In this document: positions 48,522 to 57,419 of the stretch, piece by piece
How positions within the stretch are numbered: the stretch's first letter is position 1
How the letters are laid out: every line of letters starts with the position of its first letter
Source: Ruminococcaceae bacterium UBA3215
GTDB taxonomy: Bacteria; Bacillota; Clostridia; Oscillospirales; Ruminococcaceae
Assembly: GCA_002363155.1 (NCBI GenBank)
Contig: DEWH01000005.1
Coordinates: 44,005-108,004 of the forward strand
DNA length: 64,000 nt
Reading direction: 5' to 3'
Made by a program: the position numbers and the translations under genes
The notes under the pieces: model-generated
Told to the model about the DNA's origin: nothing
Databases searched by the model: none
The model's input: only the letters and a program-made list of their open reading frames with translations

Positions 48522-49982
48522 TTACCGGTTCTGTCCTTCCGTGCGGTCATTGCCGCAGAGTTCCTTTATTATACTGTGTTCGCTGAACGGCAGGTAATCA
48601 TCGCCGACAGCCTGATATTCCTCGTGCCCCTTGCCGCAGAGAGCGATAACGTCCTCTTTTTCCGCAAGTGACACTGCGTATTTTATAGCTTCGAGCCTGT
48701 CAACGCGGCAGTGGACCTCACAGCCGCCTTCAAACCCGCTTTTCACTTCGTCTATGATCTTCTGCGGGTCTTCATGCCGCGGATTGTCCGATGTTATCAC
48801 CGCGATATCCGCGTACTTCGATACGCATTTTCCCATTCCCGGACGCTTTCCCGCGTCACGCTCACCTGCCGCTCCGAAAACGACTATGAGCCGCCCTTTC
48901 ACGAAAGGCTTCAGTGACGAGAGGGTCTTTTCAAGTCCGTCCTCGGTATGGGCGTAGTCGCAGATTACGGTGTAATCCCCGTCGTACAGCACTTCCGCGC
49001 GTCCGCATACGCCCTTTGATGTGTTGAGGGCATCTACGGTTTCCCGCATGGTGAGTCCTGCCGCTTCACATGCAGCCGCGGCGCCCATGGAGTTCATCAC
49101 ATTGAATTCTCCCGGCATAGGCACCGACACATTGAAAGCCTGTTCAGCCGCCTTATCCGCGAGTATATAGCTTACTCCGCCGCTGCGAAGGCTTATCCTG
49201 CACGCGGAGATATCCGTCATATCGTTTATGCTGAGGGCAATGAGCTTTATCCCGCCTTTTTCTGAAAGCTCATCATAAAGCCGCTTCCCCCATTTGTCGT
49301 CTATGTTGATGACCGCGGTTTCACAGCTGTCGAACAGGGACTTCTTCGCCTGGTAGTAGTTCTCCATTGTGCCGTGCCAGTCCAGGTGGTCTTGGGTAAG
49401 GTTAGTGAAGATGCCGCAGACAAACCGCTCGTTCACGAATCTCGACTGCGAGAGTGCCTGTGATGACGCTTCCATTACGCAGTATTCCGCGCCGTTGTCA
49501 GCCATTTCTCTGAAATAGCCGTAGAGATCAAACTGATAGGGGGTGGTGAGGTGCGCTTCGTATGTTCTTCCGCACACGTCATATCCGGCGGTCCCGATAC
49601 AGCCGCATTTATGCCCGCACTCGTTCATTATATGCTTTATGAGGTTTACAGTGGTGGTCTTCCCGTTGGTCCCGGTAGCGGCAATGAGTTTCAGCTGCTT
49701 TGTCGGCTCTCCGAAATACCGTGACGACAGTATGCTGTACATCTTTCGCGTGTCGCCGGTCACTATCTGCTGCGGGAGACCGAGATCATGACTTACGACG
49801 ACCGCAGCTGCGCCCTTTTCCAGCATTTCGGCGCATGCCGAATGTCCGTCGAAGTTCCTGCCGGTTATGGCAACGAATATATCTCCGGGCTTTAACTTTC
49901 GCGTATCATCGGTGATGATGCCGATATCGCAGTCTTTCAGACCTTTGCGCTCGTTTTCCGGTAAAATATCGAATAACCGCAA
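48522..49982 (-). CDS. murE: UDP-MurNAc-tripeptide synthetase
   Basis: TGTNGKTT, MEASSQ, QDHLD, DYAH, DNPR and GKGHE motifs; TTG start after GAGGTG. Confidence 0.93.
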   Translation of the reverse strand: MRLFDILPENERKGLKDCDIGIITDDTRKLKPGDIFVAITGRNFDGHSACAEMLEKGAAAVVVSHDLGLPQQIVTGDTRKMYSILSSRYFGEPTKQLKLIAATGTNGKTTTVNLIKHIMNECGHKCGCIGTAGYDVCGRTYEAHLTTPYQFDLYGYFREMADNGAEYCVMEASSQALSQSRFVNERFVCGIFTNLTQDHLDWHGTMENYYQAKKSLFDSCETAVINIDDKWGKRLYDELSEKGGIKLIALSINDMTDISACRISLRSGGVSYILADKAAEQAFNVSVPMPGEFNVMNSMGAAAACEAAGLTMRETVDALNTSKGVCGRAEVLYDGDYTVICDYAHTEDGLEKTLSSLKPFVKGRLIVVFGAAGERDAGKRPGMGKCVSKYADIAVITSDNPRHEDPQKIIDEVKSGFEGGCEVHCRVDRLEAIKYAVSLAEKEDVIALCGKGHEEYQAVGDDYLPFSEHSIIKELCGNDRTEGQNR

Positions 49983-50090
49983 TCGGCACACCTCACTTTT
50001 TGCGGATTGGGGATTGCGTGCCTTGCCCGACACGCATCATAAATAATAATTGAGTTGCAGTTAAAAGCTGAAATCTGTTCGCAGAGTATT

Positions 50091-50262
50091 CAAGTTCCGT
50101 GTAACGGTCAAAAAGGTTTAGGGGTCCAGCCCCTTTTTAAAGGGGCTGGCGGGTCAAGGGCAGAGCCCTGCGGGGGTTATTTGTTATCTGCTTTGTGTGA
50201 GCGCTTCCTGCGCTCTTTTGGGCAGACAACTTGCCGCTTCCTGCGGCAAGGGCAGAGCCCCT
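50091..50262 (-). repeat. Mosaic repeat (F, family A copy 6, D-like hairpin)
   Basis: CAAGTTCCGTGTAACGG and GTTTAGGGGTCCAGCCCCTTTTTAAAGGGGCTGGCGGG. Confidence 0.8.
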
Positions 50263-50263
50263 A

Positions 50264-52618
50264 TCAGCCGGCGTCGGAGTTGTTGATAAGGAACGTTACC
50301 TCGACGACGGTTCCCTTGCTGACCTGTGTGCCGGGCTCTATTGACTGCGAGGTAGCGCGTGCGCCCTCGTTGTTGACAGCACCGCCGGACAGCGAGATGT
50401 TGAGTCCGTAGTACGCGAGGGTGCTGTTCGCCTGGGAAACGGTGCAGCCGGTAAGATCCGGCACGGTCACTGTGCGCTCGGAAGAGCCCTGCATATAGAT
50501 GACTACCGTACCGTTCTTCGGGATAGGAGCCGCGGCTTCGGGTATCGTGTAATCTACCCTCGCGTTCTCATCGCCGATAACTTCATATTTCAGTCCTCTT
50601 GTGTTGATCGAGGTGATAGCGTCGAGCATGGACGAGCCGTAAACATACGGAACTGTGGTGTTCTGCATTTCAAGCTCTTCCGCTGTGTACTGGGGGTAAA
50701 CTCCGAGATATTCGAGGCATTCGCTGAACACCGCGGATACAACAGGCGCAGCCACACGGCTTCCGTAATACTGCCCTCCGAGAGGCTCGTCAACGCATAC
50801 CAGCATTATGTATTCCGGATCGTCCGCCGGAGTGAATGCACAGAAGGAACCGACATACCGCATAGCGTAACTCGGGTATTCGTCGAGCTTCTGCGACGTA
50901 CCGGACTTTCCGCCTATGCGGTATCCGGAAATATAGGCGTTGGAGCCGCCGTTGTATGTAACTATATTCTCTGTGATCTGACGCATGAGCGCGGAAGTCT
51001 CTCCGCTTATTACCTGTCTCTTTACGGTAGTTTCCGCCGTCTTTATGACGTTTCCGCCCGCATCGACTATCTTCTCCATAACGTGGGGAGTGAGCAGATA
51101 TCCGCCGTTTATAGCGGCATTGTATGCACAGATCATCTGTATCGCGGTGATCTTGTTTGTCTGACCGAATGACGAGGACGCAAGCTCAACGTTGCCCATT
51201 CTCTCATAGGGAACGAAAAGCGGGCTTGCTTCGCCGGGGAGGTCTATGCCGGTCTTTTCGGTAAATCCGAAAGCCGTGAAATAGTTGGAGAACATTCTTC
51301 TTCCGAGCTTAAGTCCGATCTGGATAAAAGCCGGGTTGCAGGAAGCCGTTATAGCGTCCTGAAGTCCGAGTGTGCCGTGACCGCCGAGGGTCCAGCAGTG
51401 GATCTTCGTATCCTCTACCTGGTAAACGCCGAGGCACTGGAATGAGGAATCGAGGCTTATAACTTCCTCTTCGAGAGCGGAAGCACAGGTTATTACTTTG
51501 AATACCGAGCCGGGAAAGTAGAGTTCGGAAACCGCCTTGTTCTTCCACTGGAGCTCGCGCATAGCGGCGCGCCTGTCCTCAAGTTCCTTTTCGATAGCCT
51601 CATCTATCGCTTTCTGATCGGTCATGCTTCCTGCCGCATAGTCGAGAATGAGCTGCTGGTGCAGTTCTTCAAGCTCGGCTTCATCGGCTTCCGAAAGCTT
51701 AGAGGGGTTGTTGAGGTCATAGCCGGGCGCAGTTGCCATTGCGATAACAGCGCCGGTCTTTGCGTTCATTATTATGCCGGTGGCGCGGTTTGCGGCTTTG
51801 TGCTGCTTTACTGCGCTTTCAAGGTTCTTCTGGAGATAATACTGGACGGTGCTGTCTATGGTGAGATAGACGTCATTGCCGTCGCTTGCCTCATAGCGGT
51901 TCTCATAGTCGTAGGGCATAGCGTTGCCCTTGGCGTCCTTTGCCATAACGATAAGACCGTCGGTGCCCTGGAGATAATCGTCGTAGTAGGCCTCAAGTCC
52001 GTAAACGCCTTCGTTGTCATAGTTGGTGAAGCCGATTATGGTGGAGGCGAGGGAGTCGTTCGGATAGTAGCGCTTGCTGCTCTCCATAAGGTTTACGGTA
52101 AAGGGGGCAAGCTTGTTCTCTGTGATGAACTGCTGGACCTTGTCGTAAACGTCCTTCTCGACTTTCTTCTTTACGATGAAGTATTCGTTGTCAAAGTTCC
52201 TGCATCCTTCCTCAATGCGCTTCTGATCGACGCCGAGGAGTCTTGAAAGCGTTTTGCAGATAAGATCGGTAACGGGCGGATCGCCCTTTTCGATACGTTT
52301 TGCGTCGTCCTCGGCTATTGCCTTCGGGGAAAGTACCACGTCCCATACGGTAGTGCTCTGCGCAAGTATCTTTCCGCTGCGGTCATAGATAGTGCCGCGG
52401 TTTGCGGTGATAGTATAGCTACTGAGCTGCTGGGAGTTGGCTTTTGAGCGGTAATACTCCGACTTGATGACGGCGGTGTTGTATATAACGGTGCAGATGT
52501 ATCCGGCAGCCACTACTATAAGAGTAAGCACTACCAGAAACATTCTCCGCTTCATTCTGTTCGTCGGAGCAACGATCGGTGTGCTTTGCGTGCTGTCGGG
52601 CATTCTTCCTTTTGCCAT
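50264..52618 (-). CDS. Class B penicillin-binding protein (FtsI/SpoVD) with PASTA domains
   Basis: RGTIYDR, SVFK, SCN and KSGT motifs; two C-terminal PASTA-like repeats. Confidence 0.93.
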   Translation of the reverse strand: MAKGRMPDSTQSTPIVAPTNRMKRRMFLVVLTLIVVAAGYICTVIYNTAVIKSEYYRSKANSQQLSSYTITANRGTIYDRSGKILAQSTTVWDVVLSPKAIAEDDAKRIEKGDPPVTDLICKTLSRLLGVDQKRIEEGCRNFDNEYFIVKKKVEKDVYDKVQQFITENKLAPFTVNLMESSKRYYPNDSLASTIIGFTNYDNEGVYGLEAYYDDYLQGTDGLIVMAKDAKGNAMPYDYENRYEASDGNDVYLTIDSTVQYYLQKNLESAVKQHKAANRATGIIMNAKTGAVIAMATAPGYDLNNPSKLSEADEAELEELHQQLILDYAAGSMTDQKAIDEAIEKELEDRRAAMRELQWKNKAVSELYFPGSVFKVITCASALEEEVISLDSSFQCLGVYQVEDTKIHCWTLGGHGTLGLQDAITASCNPAFIQIGLKLGRRMFSNYFTAFGFTEKTGIDLPGEASPLFVPYERMGNVELASSSFGQTNKITAIQMICAYNAAINGGYLLTPHVMEKIVDAGGNVIKTAETTVKRQVISGETSALMRQITENIVTYNGGSNAYISGYRIGGKSGTSQKLDEYPSYAMRYVGSFCAFTPADDPEYIMLVCVDEPLGGQYYGSRVAAPVVSAVFSECLEYLGVYPQYTAEELEMQNTTVPYVYGSSMLDAITSINTRGLKYEVIGDENARVDYTIPEAAAPIPKNGTVVIYMQGSSERTVTVPDLTGCTVSQANSTLAYYGLNISLSGGAVNNEGARATSQSIEPGTQVSKGTVVEVTFLINNSDAG

Positions 52619-52721
52619 GTGTTCTCCTTTATCCCCATAGTCGATTATTGCGGACGGCCAGTGCACGTCCGCAATAAAAGTATATTAAATTTCAGTCTGA
52701 TATATTCCCCTTGTCCGTCTT

Positions 52722-53240
52722 TTACTGTTTGAATCCGAGGTATTCAAGGATACCGTTGAACCAGTTCTGTATCGACACGAATATGTTCTCGTCCGGAGGC
52801 GCTACCTCTGTCATCTCCTCTGTGTTGAGGGCAATGAAGGAGATCTGGGAGCTCTGGGTCTTCTGGAGCCCGAGATCCTGCGACGCGATCTTCTCTACGT
52901 TGTCGAGAGTGTACATACTGTCGAGCACCGAGTTCAAGCGGATATTCTCACGCTCGGTAAGCTCTATCTCGCTCTTTGTCTCGCTTATGAGCGAAGTGTA
53001 GTCCGAGATCTGGACCTTGCTGTACAGAAGTGAAAAAGCTATAATTGCAGCAAAAGATACCGCTGCGAGCGCGGCAAGCACGCTTCCGTTTCGTCCTATG
53101 GACTTTTTCTGTGAAACGTTTATTTTTGCTCTTTCCTGTTTCTGTTTTTCACGTTCCGCCTTGCGCCGTTCAAAGTCCTCGTCTGTCTCAAACAGCGAGA
53201 GATCATACGCAAGGTTGGAATTGTCGTTGTACATCATCAA
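52722..53240 (-). CDS. FtsL-like cell division protein
   Basis: TM plus coiled coil ending IASQDLGL; lies between rsmH and the PBP gene. Confidence 0.75.
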   Translation of the reverse strand: MMMYNDNSNLAYDLSLFETDEDFERRKAEREKQKQERAKINVSQKKSIGRNGSVLAALAAVSFAAIIAFSLLYSKVQISDYTSLISETKSEIELTERENIRLNSVLDSMYTLDNVEKIASQDLGLQKTQSSQISFIALNTEEMTEVAPPDENIFVSIQNWFNGILEYLGFKQ

Positions 53241-53267
53241 TATACGCCTCTTTTGTTATCCTGGTTT

Positions 53268-54197
53268 TTAGTTATCCTGTATTTTCTCTATCACTCTGAG
53301 TTTTGCGCTTCTGCTGCGGGGGTTCTCCGCAAGCTCGGCTTCGTCCGCCGTTACCGGCTTTCTTGTTATCTGCACTGCACGGGGCTTTTTTCCGCACACG
53401 CACACCGGGAAGTCCTTCGGGCAGGTGCAGCCTTCGCACAGGCTCTTGAATTTCTGCTTTACTATCCTGTCTTCGAGGGAGTGGAAGGTTATCACCGACA
53501 GCCTTCCTCCGGGGGAGAGCAGTTCAAATATATCGTCAAGCGCCGTTTCCAGCGCATCGAGTTCTCCGTTCACTTCTATCCGTATCGCCTGGAAGGTCTT
53601 GCGGCAGGGGTTCTTTTCCTTCCGCACCTTGAGCGGCACATTACGCTTGATTATCTCTGCAAGCTCTCCGGTGGTCTTTATCGGGGCTTCCGCTCTTGAT
53701 GTGACTATTCCGTGAGCGATCCCTCTTGCGAACTTTTCCTCGCCGTAAGCGAAGATTATCTCCGAGAGCTTGTCCTCCGGGTATTCATTCACAACATCGT
53801 AAGCGCTCATGCCCTCGCCGCTCATGCGCATATCGAGAGGAGCATCGTTGTGGAAGGAGAAGCCGCGTTCTGGATCGTCAAGCTGATGCGACGAAACGCC
53901 GAGATCCATAAGAGCGCCGTCGATGTGGTCTATGCCGAGTTCTCCGAGAGCGTCCTTTATTTCGCTGAAATTGCGGTTCACGAATACGGGCGAGTAGCCT
54001 TCGAGCCTCTTTGTGGCAGCTTCGATCGCTTCTTTATCGCGGTCAAAGCAGATAAGCGTTCCGTTTCCGAGCCGCTTTGCTATCTCAAGGCTGTGACCGC
54101 CTCCGCCTGCCGTGCAGTCCGCGTAGATACCGCCCTCCCGGACATTCAGCCCGTCCACTGCCGGCATAAGAAGCACCGACTTATGCGAAAACTCCAT
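53268..54197 (-). CDS. rsmH: 16S rRNA m4C1402 methyltransferase
   Basis: HKSVL, GGGGHS, DLGVSSHQLD, FHSLEDR and NPRSRSAKLR motifs. Confidence 0.96.
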   Translation of the reverse strand: MEFSHKSVLLMPAVDGLNVREGGIYADCTAGGGGHSLEIAKRLGNGTLICFDRDKEAIEAATKRLEGYSPVFVNRNFSEIKDALGELGIDHIDGALMDLGVSSHQLDDPERGFSFHNDAPLDMRMSGEGMSAYDVVNEYPEDKLSEIIFAYGEEKFARGIAHGIVTSRAEAPIKTTGELAEIIKRNVPLKVRKEKNPCRKTFQAIRIEVNGELDALETALDDIFELLSPGGRLSVITFHSLEDRIVKQKFKSLCEGCTCPKDFPVCVCGKKPRAVQITRKPVTADEAELAENPRSRSAKLRVIEKIQDN

Positions 54198-54198
54198 A

Positions 54199-54627
54199 TT
54201 ACAGACCAAGCTCCATTGCCACATCTACGAGAGACTGTTCGTCGCGGGTGCTGTTTATAGCGTCCCACTTTTCCTTGTCCCAGATCTCTGCTCTTCCTTC
54301 AAGTCCTACGATGACTACATCTGTCGTAAGTCCCGCGTACTCGCGGAGGGGAGCCGGGATAAGCGCGCGTCCCTGTTTATCGGGCTCTATGTCGAATGCG
54401 CTTCCGAACAGGAATCTCTGCAGATCCGCGGTCTTTGTCTGGGGCATCTCGCGTATTCTTGCGACGAGCTGTTCCCAGTCCTCGGTCTTGTAGATCTTGA
54501 TGCAGGGAGCGCCGATGGTTTTGGAGATCATAAAGACAGAGCCGAGCTCTTCGCGCAGCTTTACCGGGAAGTTCATTCTGCCCTTTGCATCAAGTGTGCT
54601 TTTGAATTCGCCGCGCATGTCTTTCAT
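54199..54627 (-). CDS. mraZ: Division/cell wall cluster repressor MraZ
   Basis: LDAKGR and DKQGR repeats; EIWD. Confidence 0.93.
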   Translation of the reverse strand: MKDMRGEFKSTLDAKGRMNFPVKLREELGSVFMISKTIGAPCIKIYKTEDWEQLVARIREMPQTKTADLQRFLFGSAFDIEPDKQGRALIPAPLREYAGLTTDVVIVGLEGRAEIWDKEKWDAINSTRDEQSLVDVAMELGL

Positions 54628-54653
54628 CTCCTTTCACCGCGATATAATGCAAG

Positions 54654-54811
54654 TTTTCAACAGTTTCAACAGATTTGGCGTTAAATGGAGGTTTCGCCCT
54701 GCGAAACTGTTGAAAACTTTGTGGATAACGTTAAAAAGTGAACTTTTTACCAAAAAAGTGGACAAAAAACCACTTTACTAACATTATACTCCCCCTGCCC
54801 CGAAAAATCAA
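54654..54811 (-). promoter_or_regulatory. mraZ promoter with DnaA-like and MraZ-like boxes
   Basis: TTGATT-17-TATAAT (54811-54783); TGTGGATAA at 54720-54728; AAAGTG(G) at 54735 and 54755, inverted at 54770. Confidence 0.55.
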
Positions 54812-55033
54812 GTCCGAATTTGCGTTTGGCTGACCTAAAAGTATAGAAGTTTTAAATAAAAATTTGTTAATTTTATACAAAAAACGGTGTCATAATTTGA
54901 GTTGTATTCACAAATTTTTGCTGCAAATCACAAAATATTGTGCTGCTTTGCAAAAGTCAAGCCTATATATTGTGGTGCTCTGTAAATGGTGGTATTTTCG
55001 TTACTTTTATTTTGCCCGCAGATATGATATAAT

Positions 55034-55361
55034 AAATGTGTCCTCAACAACTGCCTTAAAGGCAGTTGTTGCACGACAGTCTGTTTTGCAGACTGTCGTA
55101 TGCTTTAAAAACACGCTTTCTCGAAGGTTTCTTTTATGCGCGCGTCCATGCGCGCCTTTGGAAACCTTCTGTATGACATCGTGTCATAAGCGCCTTTTTA
55201 AAGCGGACACATTTCTTGATGTCAAGCTCATTCCGCCCTATGGGCGGACAAAAGTGCAAGGAAAATTTGTATAATCCGGAATTTTCCTTGCACTTTTGCA
55301 ACCGTGAAAAGGCTTCATGATGCGCTTTGAAGCCTTTTCACGGTTGATGAGCTGACATTAA
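55034..55361 (+). other. Highly structured non-coding element upstream of rimM
   Basis: Two closed multi-hairpin domains just after TG-n-TATAAT (55028-55033). Confidence 0.6.
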
Positions 55362-55458
55362 TAACAGAAAAAGTGAAAAATGAATAGTGAATAATGAAAA
55401 ATTAAGAATTTTGGCGGCGGCTGGGCTGCTTATTATAATAGTATAGAAGGAGACTGCT

Positions 55459-55995
55459 ATGAAGAAAAAATACCTTGAAATAGGGAAGATAACCAAACTG
55501 CAGGGTCTGAAAGGCGAGGTCAGGGTGCAGTATTACTGCGACGAACCGGAAATGCTCTGCGAATTTGAGACGCTCTACCTCGGAAAGGAGCACTCGCCTG
55601 TGCGTCCGAAGAAGGCGCGCTACCTCAAAGCAGATGTGGCTGTGCTTAAGATAGAGGGCATAGATACACCGGAAGCGGCGGAAATGCTGATAGGGAAGAT
55701 GCTGTACTTTGACCGCGATGATATGGAGCTGCCGGAGGATACATGGTTCATACAGGACGTTATCGGGCTTGATGTTTACGACGCGGACACCGGCAGGCTC
55801 TACGGCAAGGTGGACGATATCTACCAGAACGGCACTGCGGACGTTTACTCGATAAAGACCCCCTCCGGCGCACAGCTTATGTTCCCGGCAATACCGGAAG
55901 TGCTGCTGGAAACGGATATTGAAGCCGGAAAGATCGTGATAAGACCGCTTGAAGGGCTTTTTGACCCGGAGGTGATCGAAGATGATAAGGATTAA
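55459..55995 (+). CDS. rimM: Ribosome maturation factor RimM
   Basis: IGKI...GLKGEV and DVIGLDV motifs; adjacent to trmD. Confidence 0.93.
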   Translation: MKKKYLEIGKITKLQGLKGEVRVQYYCDEPEMLCEFETLYLGKEHSPVRPKKARYLKADVAVLKIEGIDTPEAAEMLIGKMLYFDRDDMELPEDTWFIQDVIGLDVYDADTGRLYGKVDDIYQNGTADVYSIKTPSGAQLMFPAIPEVLLETDIEAGKIVIRPLEGLFDPEVIEDDKD

Positions 55996-56674
55996 CATAG
56001 CCACGCTGTTCCCGGAGATGTGCGAGGCATTCCTGTCGGAGAGCATCATCGGACGGGCAAGAAAAGCCGGCGCAGTGGAGATAGGCTGCCGGAACATACG
56101 GACTTACACGCTTGATAAGCACCGCCGTGTAGATGATAAGCCTTTCGGCGGCGGAACGGGAATGGTGATGCAGGCACAGCCGGTCTACGATTGTGTGATG
56201 TCGATAATTTCCGATCTCGGAGAGGGTGCAAAGCCCCGGCTGATATATATGTCGCCGCAGGGCAGGACGCTTACGCAGGAGGTTGTCAAGGAACTTGCCG
56301 CGGAGGACGATCTTATCATTCTCTGCGGTCATTACGAAGGCATTGACCAGCGTGTGCTGGACGAGCTGGGATTTGAGGAGATCTCGGTGGGGGATTACGT
56401 CGTGACCGGCGGTGAGCTGCCGGCGCTGATGCTTACGGACGCTGTCTGCCGGCTTCAGGAGGGCGTACTGCCGAACGAGGACGCGTACTCAAAGGAGAGC
56501 CATTACAATGGGCTGCTTGAACACCCGCAGTACACACGCCCGGAGGAGTGGCGCGGGCGCAGGGTGCCGGAAGTGCTCCTGTCCGGTCATCACGAGAATA
56601 TCCGGAAGTGGCAGGAAGAAATGTCTCTGAAAGTCACCCGTGAGAAGAGACCCGAGATGCTGGAGAGACTTTGA
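55982..56674 (+). CDS. trmD: tRNA (guanine37-N1)-methyltransferase
   Basis: VDDKPFGGG, SPQG, CGHYEGID, SVGDYVVTGGE and PQYTRP motifs. Confidence 0.96.
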   Translation: MIRINIATLFPEMCEAFLSESIIGRARKAGAVEIGCRNIRTYTLDKHRRVDDKPFGGGTGMVMQAQPVYDCVMSIISDLGEGAKPRLIYMSPQGRTLTQEVVKELAAEDDLIILCGHYEGIDQRVLDELGFEEISVGDYVVTGGELPALMLTDAVCRLQEGVLPNEDAYSKESHYNGLLEHPQYTRPEEWRGRRVPEVLLSGHHENIRKWQEEMSLKVTREKRPEMLERL

Positions 56675-56767
56675 GAGATTTCGAGAGGTTGGCGAAGATT
56701 CCATTCAAAAAGTAACAAGAAAACAGCTTACAGAGAAATATTCTGCAGGCTGGTTTTGTGCTTGGAA

Positions 56768-56845
56768 GAGAATAACTAACTGTGGTGGCGCGCCCGCCCA
56801 TTGAAGAATGTAGCTACGCATTTCGCGGCGGGGCGTTCCCCGCTG
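56768..56845 (+). repeat. C-module repeat
   Basis: GAATAACTAACTGTGGTGGCGCGCCCGCCCATTGAAGAATG...GGGGCGTTCCCCGC. Confidence 0.75.
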
Positions 56846-57094
56846 CTTGTTGAAAGCTGTTGGTTAAGTTGAATAGGCTGTTGAAAAGTTTTTGGACAAA
56901 ATCAACAACAACGGTTGAAAAAAGCGATTTTGATTAAGCGTAATCGGAGAATTATCCCGAAAAAACCGCAAAAAGGCAAAAAATATGTTGACTTGAAAAG
57001 ATTTTGAGATTATACTATTGATGTAACGGCGGACACGTACAGCGGCTGCCGTAAGGAGACAATATACAAAGTATAAAGACGGAGGGATCTTTTT

Positions 57095-57358
57095 ATGTTC
57101 GTAAGAGAAGTTGAGGTAAAGAATCAGGTCGGTCTTCACGCAAGACCCGCTACATTCTTCATTCAGAAGGCAAATGAGTACAAGTCTTCCATATGGGTTG
57201 AAAAGGAAGAGCGCAGAGTAAACGCTAAGAGCCTTCTCGGTATCCTCTCACTCGGTATCGTAGGCGGTACACCTATCCGCATCATAGCTGACGGTTCCGA
57301 CGAACAGCTCGCTGTTGACGGACTCACAAAGCTCATCGAAAGCGGTTTCGAGGAATAA
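57095..57358 (+). CDS. ptsH: HPr phosphocarrier protein
   Basis: GLHARPA and NAKSLLG motifs. Confidence 0.92.
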   Translation: MFVREVEVKNQVGLHARPATFFIQKANEYKSSIWVEKEERRVNAKSLLGILSLGIVGGTPIRIIADGSDEQLAVDGLTKLIESGFEE

Positions 57359-57419
57359 TCGATAACAGGACATATCAGAGCCGCACTTTCGGGTGCGGCT
57401 CAAATTTTTAGGAGATCTG

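Noticed and set aside
55372-55410. AGTGAAAAATGAATAGTGAATAATGAAAAATT as a family B arm
   Set aside because: Heptamer-like spacing but a different unit, with no inner 16-mer or partner arm
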